Positions 10,732 to 21,366 of a DNA stretch of 64,000 nucleotides are shown here, piece by piece; position 1 is the stretch's first letter, and the number at the start of each line of letters is the position of its first letter. Source of the stretch: an uncultured Alphaproteobacteria bacterium (GTDB taxonomy: Bacteria > Pseudomonadota > Alphaproteobacteria > Rhizobiales > Xanthobacteraceae); the NCBI GenBank assembly GCA_963779545.1, contig CAVZYQ010000017.1, forward strand, positions 54,172-118,171. The letters run 5' to 3'. The notes under the pieces are model-generated. The model made no database searches. It saw only the letters and a program-made list of their open reading frames with translations, and was not told the DNA's origin. The translations under genes were made by a program, and so were the position numbers.

Positions 10732-11631
10732 GCATCAAGACCGTCGGTTTCATCGGCATCGGCAACATGGGCCGGCCGATGGCGGCCAACCTCGTGAAGG
10801 GCGGCTATCAGGTCGTCGTCTATGACCTCGACGGCAAGCGCGCGCAGCAGACCGCAAAGGACATCGGCGCGACAGCCGCCACCTACGCTCGCGGAGCTTG
10901 GCAAGAGTGTCGACGCCATCGTCACCATGCTGCCGACCGGCAAGGAAGTGCGCGCCTGCCTGCTCGAGACTGAAAACGGTGCGCTCGCGGCGAACCTCCC
11001 GAAAGGCGCGCTGGTCATCGACATGAGTTCGGCCGATCCGGTCGGCTCGCGCCAGACCCACGCCGATCTCGCCAAGCGCGGCCTCGCGTTTGTCGATGCC
11101 CCGGTGTCCGGCGGCGTGCCGCGCGCAACCGACGGCTCGCTCGCGATCATGATCGGCGGCGATCCCGCCGCGGTCGCGGCCGCCAAGCCGCTGCTGTCAA
11201 AAATGGGTGCGCGGCTGTTCGAGGTCGGAGGCCCCGGCAATGGTCACGCCATGAAGGCGCTGAACAATTTCGTGGCCGGCACGAGCTTCATTGCCGTGTC
11301 CGAGGCGCTGCTGGTGGGCGAGAAGTTCGGGCTCGATCCGGCGACAATGATCGACATCATGAACGTCTCGACGGGAAAGAGCTTCAACACCGAAATGGTC
11401 GCCAAGCAGCACCTCGTCTCGCGCCAGTTCGCCTCCGGCTTCGCGCTCGGGCTGTTGGCAAAAGACGTCGGGATTGCCGCCGACCTCGCGAAGGCCATCG
11501 GCGTCGACAGCCCACTCATCGGCACGTCGTCCGCCCTGCTCGGCGAGGCGCGCGACAAAGTGGGCAGCGAGAAAGACCACACGCTCGCCTACACCTACTG
11601 GGAAAAGCGCGATAACAAGGCTGCCAAATGA
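10728..11631 (+). pseudogene. NAD-binding 3-hydroxyisobutyrate/6-phosphogluconate dehydrogenase-like oxidoreductase, one frameshift
   Basis: MSIKTVGFIGIGNMGRPMA (Rossmann motif) is in one frame and TLAELGKSVDAIVTMLP... (ORF 10822..11631) is in the next. Shift near 10880. The ATG overlaps the previous TGA. Confidence 0.8.
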
Positions 11632-11633
11632 CG

Positions 11634-11656
11634 TGGCGGCAAGAGCCGCCATTGTG
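11634..11656 (+). terminator. Weak intrinsic terminator candidate
   Basis: tggcggc-aaga-gccgcca followed by ttgtg, directly after the dehydrogenase stop. Confidence 0.4.
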
Positions 11657-11693
11657 ATAAGCAATAACAAAATAACTTATGGGAGGAACGGCA

Positions 11694-12714
11694 ATGAAAC
11701 ACATCGGGAAACTGACGTTTGCCGCCGCACTTGCTCTGCGCCGGCTCTGCCTTCGCGCAGGACAAGCCGGTCGAGTGGCGCTTCTCGCACTGGGTGCCGG
11801 CCGCGCACCCGATGCATCCGGCGGCCGAAGCCTGGGCCGCCTCGATCGACAAGGCTTCCGGCGGCACGATCAAGATCAAGATTTTCCCCGCGCAGCAGCT
11901 CGGCAAGGCGTTCGACCATTACAACATGGCGCGCGACGGCATCGCCGACGTGGCGCATGTGAACCCCGGCTACGAGCCCGGGCGCTTTCCGGTGATGGGC
12001 GCGATGGAGCTGCCGTTCCTGTTCGCCAACGCCAAGGAAGGCAGTGCGGCGCTCGACGCGTGGTATCGCAAGTACGCGCCGAAGGAGATGGCGGACGTAC
12101 ATTACTGCCTCACCTTCGCGCACGATCCCGGCACGTTCCATTCCACGAAAAAGAAGATCACCAGCCCGGCGGACATCAAAGGCATGAAGGTGCGGCCCGC
12201 GAACGCGACGATCGCACGCTTCGTCTCGATTCTCGGCGGCACCAACGTGCAAGCCTCCGCGCCGGAGTCGCGCGACGTGCTCGAGAAGGGCGTCGCCGAG
12301 GCGATCACCTTCCCGTGGGGCTCGATCGTGCTGTTCGGCATCGACAAGGTGACGAAGTATCACGTCGACAGCGCGTTCTACGTCACCGAGCAGGGCTGGG
12401 TGATCAACAAGGGCAAGTACGCGGCGCTCTCCGCCGCGCAGAAGAAGGTGATCGACGATCACTGCACGCCGGAATGGTCCGGCAAGATCGCCGAACCTTG
12501 GGCGACCTTCGAGGCCGGCGGCCGCGAGAAGATCAAGGCGCAGGCCGGGCACGAGCTGAATGCGCTCACGCCCGAGCAGCTCGCCGAGTGGCGCAAGGCG
12601 GCCGAGCCGCTCTATGCCGAATGGGCCGAGAACGCCAAGAAGGCCGGCTACAATCCGGACGAGATCATGAAGGACCTCAAGGACAGCCTGACGAAGTACA
12701 AGTCGCTGTATTGA
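11694..12714 (+). pseudogene. TRAP transporter substrate-binding protein (DctP family), frameshift inside the signal peptide
   Basis: SD GGGAGGA plus ATG 11694 gives MKHIGKLTFAAALAL. The mature part CAGSAFAQDKPVEWRFSHWVP... is in ORF 11719..12714. No DctQ/DctM genes are adjacent. Confidence 0.8.
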
Positions 12715-12731
12715 GCCGCACGCTCCTCTTT

Positions 12732-12868
12732 TCCCTCTCCCCGCTTGCGGGGAGAGGGTGGCGAGCAACGCACGTTGCGAGCCGGGTGAGGGGCATCTAA
12801 GAAATCACGAATAGCCCCTCACCCGACCGCCTTCGGCGGTCGACCTCTCCCCGCGCGTAGGGAGAGGT
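12732..12868. repeat. Composite REP-like cluster of GC-rich hairpins
   Basis: Hairpins are ccctctcccc-gcttgc-ggggagaggg (10 bp), ggtgaggggc...gcccctcacc, cgaccgcc-ttcg-gcggtcg and cctctccc-cgcgcgta-gggagagg. A related unit occurs at 46875..46913. Confidence 0.75.
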
Positions 12869-12883
12869 GAAGAAGGAGAGACC

Positions 12884-13676
12884 ATGCTTGCAGCCCTGAA
12901 CGGCGCCACCCGCATCCACGTCACCATCGGCGATCCGATCGCGCAGGTGAAATCGCCCGCCGGCATCACGCAAGGGTTCTGCGGCGCGCGGGCATGACGC
13001 GATCATGATCCCGCTGCAGGTGAAGCCCGCCGACATCGAGGATTTCTTCAAGCTCGCCAAGAAGCTGCCGAACCTCGACGGCATCGTCATCACGGTGCCG
13101 CACAAGCCGGTCGCGTTCCGTCATTGCGACACGACGACCGAGCGCGCCAAGGTGCTGGAGGTGTGCAACGTGATGCGGCGCATGCCGGACGGCCGCTGGA
13201 CCGGCGACATGACCGACGGCGGCGGCTTCATCGCGGCGCTCAAGCGCAACAGTTTCGATCCGAAGGGCAAGCGCGCGCTGCAGATCGGCGCGGGCGGCGC
13301 GGGCTCGGCGCTCGCGCTCTCGCTCACCATGGAAGGCGCGAGCGTGACGCTGTGCGATCTCGATACCGCCAAGCGCGACGCGCTGATCGCGCGCCTCGGC
13401 AAGCACGGTCACAAGGTCGCGGCGACCGACAAGCCCGACCCGTCCGGCTTCGATCTCGTGGTCAATGCGACACCGGCCGGCATGAAAGACGGCGATCCCC
13501 TGCCCGTCGATCCGTCGAAGATCGCGAGCAGCACCTTCGTCGCCGACGTCATCACCATGCCGATCATGACGCCGCTGCTCACCGCGGCGAAACAGAAGGG
13601 CTGCGGCACGTCGACCGGCGTCGACATGTTCAACGCGCAGGTCGATTTCATCACGGAGTTTTTGCTGGGGACGTAA
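12884..13676 (+). pseudogene. Shikimate/quinate dehydrogenase family protein, one frameshift
   Basis: MLAALNGATRIHVTIGDPIAQVKSPAGITQGF is followed in another frame by IMIPLQVKPADIEDFF...VITVPHK...IGAGGAGSA (ORF 13005..13676). Shift near 12980. Confidence 0.75.
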
Positions 13677-13678
13677 CT

Positions 13679-13806
13679 GTGCCCGCACGCGGTGCGGCAC
13701 GCAGTGACGCACCGCAGATGCGGGACCCTGGTTACTTTCTTCTGCTAACAAACCGGGGTCCCGGGTCTGCATCGCACCACGAGCGTGCTGCGATGCGCCC
13801 GGGACA
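13679..13806 (-). repeat. Nested-palindrome intergenic repeat, copy 3 (inverted relative to copies 1 and 2)
   Basis: gtgcccgcacgcg...gcagatgcgggaccctggtt...aaccggggtcccgggtctgc...tgcgcccgggaca. Confidence 0.8.
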
Positions 13807-13810
13807 AGCA

Positions 13811-14832
13811 TCAGTTCACCAACCCCTGCTTCACGATCCACTCATTGACCAGCTTCGCGACATCGTCCGAGTTCTTGTCCATCATCAGCATGTGCGTGTT
13901 GCCGGTGAGGCCCATCTTGGCCAGCTCAAAAGTGTCAGATCTTGCCGCCCGCCGCCTTGATGGCCTCACTCCACCTCGTCGGGTTCGGGGTGATCTTCGG
14001 CCACACCGGATGCTTGTCGATGAAATCGCCCCACACGGTCAGCAGCGGCACGCCCTTGACCTTCGCGGCGTCGGCCTTCGCCGGATCGGGCGCGCCTGAC
14101 GGCTCGACCGCGATCAGCGCTTTCACCTTGTCGGGCGCGTTGAGCGCGGCATTGAAGCCGAAGTTGCCGCCCTGGCTGTGCACCACGATGATGCACGGGC
14201 ACACCTTCTGCACCAGCGCGTCATAAGCCTTCTGCGTCGCGGCATCGTTGGTCGCCCAGCGCGGCACGCCCTGCTTCATGAACTGATCGAGGTTCTCGAC
14301 CGGAAACTGCTGGCCCTCGTAGGCCACGCGCTTGCCGCCCGACCTCATAGGTCGGACCGATGCGGAACAGCTCCCACGCCTCCTTCTTGGTGCGGAAGAT
14401 CGGCTCGCTCTTGAAGATCTCCGGATAGCGCGCCCACGAGGCGCGGCCGCGCTCGACCGCGTCCGACACGTACACGTCGTAGCCCGCGTTGAGGAAGAAC
14501 TGCTGCCAGCCGGGCTTGCCGTCGGGTTTGGTTTCCCACGTGACGCCGGAGAGTCCGCCGCCGTGCCACAGCAGCAGCGGCACTTTGCCTTTGGGCTGCG
14601 CGAGCTTCACGTATTGCACGTACATCTGTTCGACCTCGAACTCGCCGTTCGGGTCGACCTTGATGGCCGGCATGCCGGGGCTGAACACGACGTCCTTGGT
14701 CGGCAGGCCGACGAGCGTCTCGCTTCGTCCGCCGACATGGAAGCTGCCGACTTCCTTGACCATGTAGTCGGCGGCCGCGGGCGCGGCGGCCGCAAAAGCG
14801 ACGCAACTGCGAGCGTGATGGCGCGCATTCAT
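13811..14832 (-). pseudogene. Secreted alpha/beta-hydrolase (esterase-like), two frameshifts
   Basis: Three pieces continue one another: ORF 14221..14832 (signal peptide, LLLWHGGGLSG), ORF 13935..14348 (IIVVHSQGGNFG), and a tail DTFELAKMGLTGNTHMLMMDKNSDDVAKLVNEWIVKQGLVN ending at TGA 13811-13813. Confidence 0.75.
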
Positions 14833-14885
14833 ATCCTCCCCGTGCTGTTGTTGGGAGGAAGCGTATCAGCCGATGGACGCGCGCG

Positions 14886-15704
14886 CTATCGCACGTCCAT
14901 CGAGGCGACCGGCCGCCAAACCAGCAGCCGCTTCTCGATCGCCGTGACCGCCATGTCGATCACGATCACGAACACGGCGAGCACGAACATGCCGGCAAAC
15001 ACACCCGCGACGTCGAACACGCCCTCGGCCTGCTGGATGATGTAGCCAAGGCCCGCCGCCGATCCCAGATATTCGCCCACCACCGCGCCCACCACCGCGA
15101 AGCCCACCGACGTGTGCAGCGAGGAGAACATCCACGACAGCGCCGACGGCCAGTACACGTGGCGCATCAGCTGCCGCTCGCTCATGCCGAGCATGCGCGC
15201 GTTCGCCAGCACTGTCGGGCTCACTTCCTTGACGCCCTGATAGACGTTGAAGAACACGATGAAGAACACCAGCGTGAAACCGAGCGCGACCTTCGACGCG
15301 ATGCCGAGCCCGAACCACAGCGCGAAGATCGGCGCCAGCACGACGCGCGGCAGGGCGTTGATCATCTTCACGTATGGGTCGAACACCGCATTGATCATCG
15401 GCTTGCGGGCGAACCAGAAGCCGACCAGCACGCCGGCGAGCGATCCGATGATGAACGCCAGAATCGCCTCGACCAGCGTGATCCACAGATGCTTCCAGAT
15501 CGTGCCCTCGTAGAACCATTTCACGACGCGCGAGGCGACATCGAGCGGCGTGGAGAAGAAGAACGGCGGCAACACGGTCAGGCAATCGTTCTCGCGGCCA
15601 AGGTACGACAGGCCGCAGATCGGGTACTTCGTGAGCACGTGCCAAAGTCCGATCGACACGACCGCGACAAGGATCTGGAGCGTGAGGAGCGTCGCGCGGC
15701 TCAT
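14886..15704 (-). CDS. ABC transporter permease (nitrate/sulfonate/bicarbonate, SsuC/TauC-like)
   Basis: 272-aa protein starting MSRATLLTLQILVAV, inside ORF 14886..15962. The typical EAA-loop region is present. Confidence 0.8.
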   Translation of the reverse strand: MSRATLLTLQILVAVVSIGLWHVLTKYPICGLSYLGRENDCLTVLPPFFFSTPLDVASRVVKWFYEGTIWKHLWITLVEAILAFIIGSLAGVLVGFWFARKPMINAVFDPYVKMINALPRVVLAPIFALWFGLGIASKVALGFTLVFFIVFFNVYQGVKEVSPTVLANARMLGMSERQLMRHVYWPSALSWMFSSLHTSVGFAVVGAVVGEYLGSAAGLGYIIQQAEGVFDVAGVFAGMFVLAVFVIVIDMAVTAIEKRLLVWRPVASMDVR

Positions 15705-15706
15705 GG

Positions 15707-16539
15707 TCACCCTCCCCCCGTCTGCTGATAGCCCTTCATCACTTCGTCCTTCAGCGCTTCCCAGATTTCGCGATGCAGCTGGTGGAAAGCGGGGTCGAGC
15801 TTCACCTCGCTGATGTCGCGCGGGCGGCTCAGCGGCACCGTCCAGTTGCCGATGATGCGCGCGGCCGGCCCGGCCGACATGATCACCACCCGGTCGGAGA
15901 GCGCGATCGCTTCTTCGAGATCGTGCGTGACGAACAGCACCGCCTTGCGGTCCGCGCTCCACAGGTCGAGCAGCAGATTGCCCATGATCTGGCGCGTCTG
16001 CGCGTCGAGCGGGCCGAACGGCTCATCCATCAGCAGGATCTTCGGATCGCGGATCAGCACCTGCACGAGGCCGACGCGCTTGCGCTGCCCGCCGGAGAGC
16101 ATGTGCGGATAGCGGTCGCCGAAGCCGCCGATGCCGACGCGAGTCGAGCCACGATGCGGCGCGCTCGCGTGCCTCGGCCTTCGCGGTCCCGGCAATTTCG
16201 AGACCGATCGCGACGTTGTCGATCGCGGTCTTCCAGGGGAACAGCGCCTCGGCCTGAAACAGGTACCCGGCCTGCCGGTTGAGGCCCGGCAGTCCCGCGC
16301 CAAAAATCCGTCGCTTCGCCATGCGATGGCGCAATCAGTCCGGCCGCCACGTTGAGCAGCGTCGACTTGCCGCAGCCGGTCGGGCCGACGATCGCGACGA
16401 ATTCGCCGTCTGCGACCTCAAGCGAGGCGCGTTCGACGGCCTTGTAGGTCCCGCCGTCGGCGAGGCGGAACGTCACATCGACATCCTTGAGCGAGACGGC
16501 CGCCGCGAACGCGCTTGCGGCATTCGAACTTGCGGCCAT
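15707..16539 (-). pseudogene. ABC transporter ATP-binding protein (SsuB/TauB-like), two frameshifts
   Basis: Walker A GPTGCGKST, then GYLFQAEALFPWKTAIDNV, then LSGGQRKRVGL..LLMDEPFGPLD, in three different frames. Shifts near 16325 and 16140. Confidence 0.8.
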
Positions 16540-16640
16540 GCATCCCCTCTCGTTACGGCGGTCTTGGTGCTCGCCCCGCGGCAAGCTAGCGGGATCAAAG
16601 GAAGATGCAAGCGATGGGCAACGCGGCGCGTGGGCGCGGT

Positions 16641-18349
16641 CTACAACCCCTTGATCAGCCCTGCGTCGATCAGCAGGCGGTTGAAACGCCGCGCCTCGGC
16701 GCCGCCGTTGCAGCGGTAGAACAGCCCATTGCAGCGCTGCAAAATCTTCTTCTGCTCGGCGAACGAAGGGTCGAGCGGAACGCCTGCGGCTTCCAGCACG
16801 ACCAGCGGCAGGTACGGCGCATCGAGCGCATTCACGGCGGAGGAGAGATCGCGCGGCGTGAAGTTGATCGTGTTGATCGCGTAGTAGGTGGTGAGGAAGC
16901 GCGGATCGGCAGCGGCGATGCGGCGCGCGATCATCGAGTCGTCCTGCCCGGGATCGATCAGGCTGCGCGCGAGGTACGGCTGGTGATCGCCGAAGCGCAC
17001 GATCAGGAATTGCTCGGAGGGGAAGTCCTTCTTCAGCCGCTCGACGAAAGCCTGATAGTCGACCGCGCTCAAATGCTGGCGCCGCAGGTACTCGTCGACG
17101 TCGGCGCGGTTGCCGGGATCGCGCCATTCGGGCGCGAGATCGGGCCGGAAGCGGAACGTCCATGGAAAGTGGTTCTGCGCCGTATAGACCAGAAGAAACA
17201 GCGGGTCCTTTCCGTGCCGCTTCGCAATCGTTTCGGCCGCCTTGTTGAAATAGAACGAGTCGGGATCGAGGAAGCTCGCGCCGAGCGACTCGAAGTCATG
17301 GAAGTTCTGAATTCCGGCGGTGGTCTGGAAATTCCGCGCGCTGAGGAACGCACCGTACATCGGATAAAGCGTGTGTGTCTTGTAGCCGCAGTTGCGCAAC
17401 GTGTGCGGCAGTCCGCGTTCGACGCGCCCCGCCGCGATACGCGTGACGAACTCGGCGAAGCGCCCGTAGGAGCGCGCCGAAAGGCCGGTGAGCACATTAT
17501 ATTCCGTGTACCAGCTCGGGCCCCCGGCACCTTCGACCATCAGCGAGCGCTGCGTGCCGTCGCTTGATTGAAAATGCGCGCCATAGCCGGCCGGAAGCTT
17601 GATGCCAGGAATTGCGCGCGCATCGAAGCTCGAACTCGTCGAACACCATGATGATGTGCGGCAGCTTCGTGACCGTGCACGGCGCGGCCGGAGCGGCGGC
17701 GAGCCGGTCGACGGTCTTGGCGTCCGCCTCCAGTACGCCGCGCGTGATGAGGTCGCCGACCGCGGTCACGCCCGAGCGCGTGAATTTGGAGAAATAGTTT
17801 TCCGCATAAAACTCTTCCCACGGGTCGCTCGGGACCGCGGTCGCAAGTCCGACGAGACACACAAGACACGCCGCCGCACCGAGCGATGGCGACGCGGCTG
17901 CGCACGCGGAACGGATCGAAGTGCCAGATCAGGACCAGCGCAACGAGCAGAAGCGCGAGCGCAATCGCGACCTTCATGCTCAGGTTGGGGAAGACCTTGA
18001 TCAGGAACGAGAACGTGTCCGCGTCGACCACCATGAGGTCGACGAAGTTCACCGTCATCAGCAGCACATCATGCTTGAACTGCGAGAGCAGGATCAGGAG
18101 CGCAAGCCAGGCGAGCGAGATGGCGGCGGCGACCGACGGCCGGCGCAGCAGCAGCATCCAGCAGAAGTTGAAAAATCCCCACGACAGCAGGAACGCCAGC
18201 TGCGGCACCAGCCGGCTTTCGGTCGCGAGCAGGACGATCAGCGCTGCGACGTGAAGGGTCGCCAGCACAATGAGGCCGGCAGCACGCCCGCGATCGGCGA
18301 ACGAAGCGCCGAAGAAACGGGTACTCAAAGCGGCAATGGCGGGCGGCAT
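16641..18349 (-). pseudogene. Membrane-anchored sulfatase-like transferase (LTA-synthase / phosphoglycerol-transferase family), two frameshifts
   Basis: A polytopic N-terminus (ORF 17540..18349) is followed by ...PHIIMVFDE, then SSFDARAIPG...LMVEGAGGPSWYTEYN (ORF 16641..17540). An extra t near 17637 and a shift near 17880 break the frame. Confidence 0.7.
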
Positions 18350-18478
18350 GACCTACACGGCCGCGCCCGGATTATTGTCCCCAACTTATCCCCAGGCCGC
18401 GGTCGGCGTCATAAAACTGTAATCAACGCGTCATGGCAAGAGTCGGTGCATTTTGCCGCGAATTTTCGCCGCCACCGG

Positions 18479-18865
18479 TTAACCCGGCGCGAGCAGTGCG
18501 CCTGCCAGCGCGGTGTCGAAGAACGTTGTCAGCGAGGAAATCCGGCCATCCCGTACCTCGATCAGGTCGAGGATGTCGGTATCCGCCTGCTTGCCGTTCC
18601 CGGCGCGGAAGCTGCCGCGCCAATGCACAACGGCGCGCGGCGGATCGATGATCCGGCAGTGGATCGTCATGCCCAAGAGTTCGAAGGCATCGAACTGGGC
18701 CTTCAGCGCCAAGGCCTGCTCGGCGCGGGATTTGGTTTCCGGCCCTCCATTGACGCGGAAGCAGCCGTCGTCGGCAAAACAGGCCGTGGCGCCCTCCACG
18801 TCCTGGCGCTGACGCGCCGCATAGGCCTTGTCGAGGATGGCTTCGATCGAAGCGCGGGTATCCAT
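18479..18865 (-). CDS. SnoaL-like / NTF2-fold protein
   Basis: Intact 128-aa ORF with composition typical of the NTF2-like fold. Assignment is by eye only. Confidence 0.55.
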   Translation of the reverse strand: MDTRASIEAILDKAYAARQRQDVEGATACFADDGCFRVNGGPETKSRAEQALALKAQFDAFELLGMTIHCRIIDPPRAVVHWRGSFRAGNGKQADTDILDLIEVRDGRISSLTTFFDTALAGALLAPG

Positions 18866-19040
18866 GATCTGCTCCCTCGGCGTTGCAACTCAGGCGGGCA
18901 GCATGCCTCATGGGCAGACCGAACGCAAAACGAGCCCGCAAGCGGGCCCGTTGCAAACGGATGCCGCTCGTCCCGCGAGAGCGGGGACCCAGAGCCAAGA
19001 ACTGGAGTCCAGCTTTCGCGGGAATGAGCGGAGTAAGCGG

Positions 19041-20066
<1,026 letters not shown>

Positions 20067-20164
20067 TTACCCCTTGCTCCTTGGGCCCCAAAGGCCGTTT
20101 CGTTTTGTGACGGTGCTTCTAGTTTCAATGCGCCGCCCGGACAAGCCCGGGACGGCCGTTGACG

Positions 20165-20791
20165 TTACGCCTTGGCGAGATTGACGATCCCGCCGTTTCC
20201 GCCCTTCTCGGGCACGAACATGTTGAACTTGTACTTCTTCGAAAGGGCGTTCTGGCTCCATTTCAAGCGCTTGGCGACGCTCTCGATCGCCTCCCGGTCG
20301 CGCCCGTCCTCATCGAAGAACTCGGAGAAGAACAGCGCATCGAGCGCCGAGCTCGGAAACCACTCGGCGGAGCCCGCATAACCGCACACCCAGCGCGGCG
20401 TCTTCGGATGGTCAGGCTTGCCGAAAATCGTCTTCGCGTTCTTGTCAGTCAGGATGTAGCAGCCGCTGAAATAGAGCCCCGCGACCCGCGTCCCGACCGC
20501 CTCGCTCTGCTTCAGAATGACGTCGCGGATGCGCCGCATCGGGACCTTCTCGCCGTTCGGGCACTCGATCATGCTGCTGGCGCAGTGCGAGCCGATGTAG
20601 ATGTAGGAGACCCGCTTCTTGATCACGAATTTCAGCACTTCTTCCAGCGACGCCTTGCTGACGAAGCGCTCATAGAGATATTCGCCGCGATCGTGCCGCG
20701 CATCGCAAAGCAGGTCGAACAGCGGCCGCACCGAAATCTCGTTCGAGAACCATTTGCTCTCGAGCACCGCCAGCAACCGCCTCCGCCGCAT
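20165..20791 (-). CDS. Uncharacterised 208-aa protein (ORF-B) between ilvH and ilvC; possible caspase/CHAT-like fold
   Basis: Intact ORF. The ATG lies 4 nt after the ilvH stop, with GGAGGGG upstream. Third codon positions are mostly G/C. Motifs: YIYIGSH(69)C, GLYFSGC(111)Y, WVCGYAGSAEWFPSSALDALFFSEFF. Confidence 0.75.
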   Translation of the reverse strand: MRRRRLLAVLESKWFSNEISVRPLFDLLCDARHDRGEYLYERFVSKASLEEVLKFVIKKRVSYIYIGSHCASSMIECPNGEKVPMRRIRDVILKQSEAVGTRVAGLYFSGCYILTDKNAKTIFGKPDHPKTPRWVCGYAGSAEWFPSSALDALFFSEFFDEDGRDREAIESVAKRLKWSQNALSKKYKFNMFVPEKGGNGGIVNLAKA

Positions 20792-20795
20792 GATT

Positions 20796-21344
20796 CTACA
20801 TCCCCTCCGGCCCGCGGGAGATAGCTACCACGCCGGTGCGGGAGACCTCCACCAGCCCGAGCGGCAGCATCAGGTTGATGAAGCTTTCGATCTTCTCGCT
20901 CGCGCCGGTGATCTCGAAGATGAAGCTCTCGGTCCCGGCGTCGATCACGCGCGCGCGGAACGCGTCGGCGAGGCGCAGCGCCTCGACCCGGTTCTCGCCC
21001 TTGCCGCGCACCTTCACCATCGCAAGCTCGCGCTCGATCGCGGGACCGGACTCGGTCAGATCCACCACGCGCTGCACCTGCACCAGCCGTTCGAGCTGAT
21101 GGCGGATCTGCTCGATCACCATCGGCGTGCCGGTGGTGACGATGGTGATGCGCGAGAGATGCTTCTCATGCTCGGTTTCCGAGACCGTGAGCGAGTCGAT
21201 GTTGTAGCCGCGTCCGGAGAACAGGCCGATGACGCGCGCGAGCACGCCCGGCTCGTTGTCGACCAGCACCGAGAGCGTGTGGCGCTCCGGCCGCTCATGC
21301 ACGGTCGCGGCGGGGTAGTGGGTCGTCGTTGCGCTCGTGTTCAC
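20796..21344 (-). CDS. ilvH: Acetolactate synthase small (regulatory, ACT) subunit
   Basis: Intact 182 aa with GTG start: HTLSVLVDNEPGVLARVIGLFSGRGYNIDSLTV... Confidence 0.95.
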   Translation of the reverse strand: MNTSATTTHYPAATVHERPERHTLSVLVDNEPGVLARVIGLFSGRGYNIDSLTVSETEHEKHLSRITIVTTGTPMVIEQIRHQLERLVQVQRVVDLTESGPAIERELAMVKVRGKGENRVEALRLADAFRARVIDAGTESFIFEITGASEKIESFINLMLPLGLVEVSRTGVVAISRGPEGM

Positions 21345-21366
21345 GTCACTTTTCCCAGGTCGTTCG

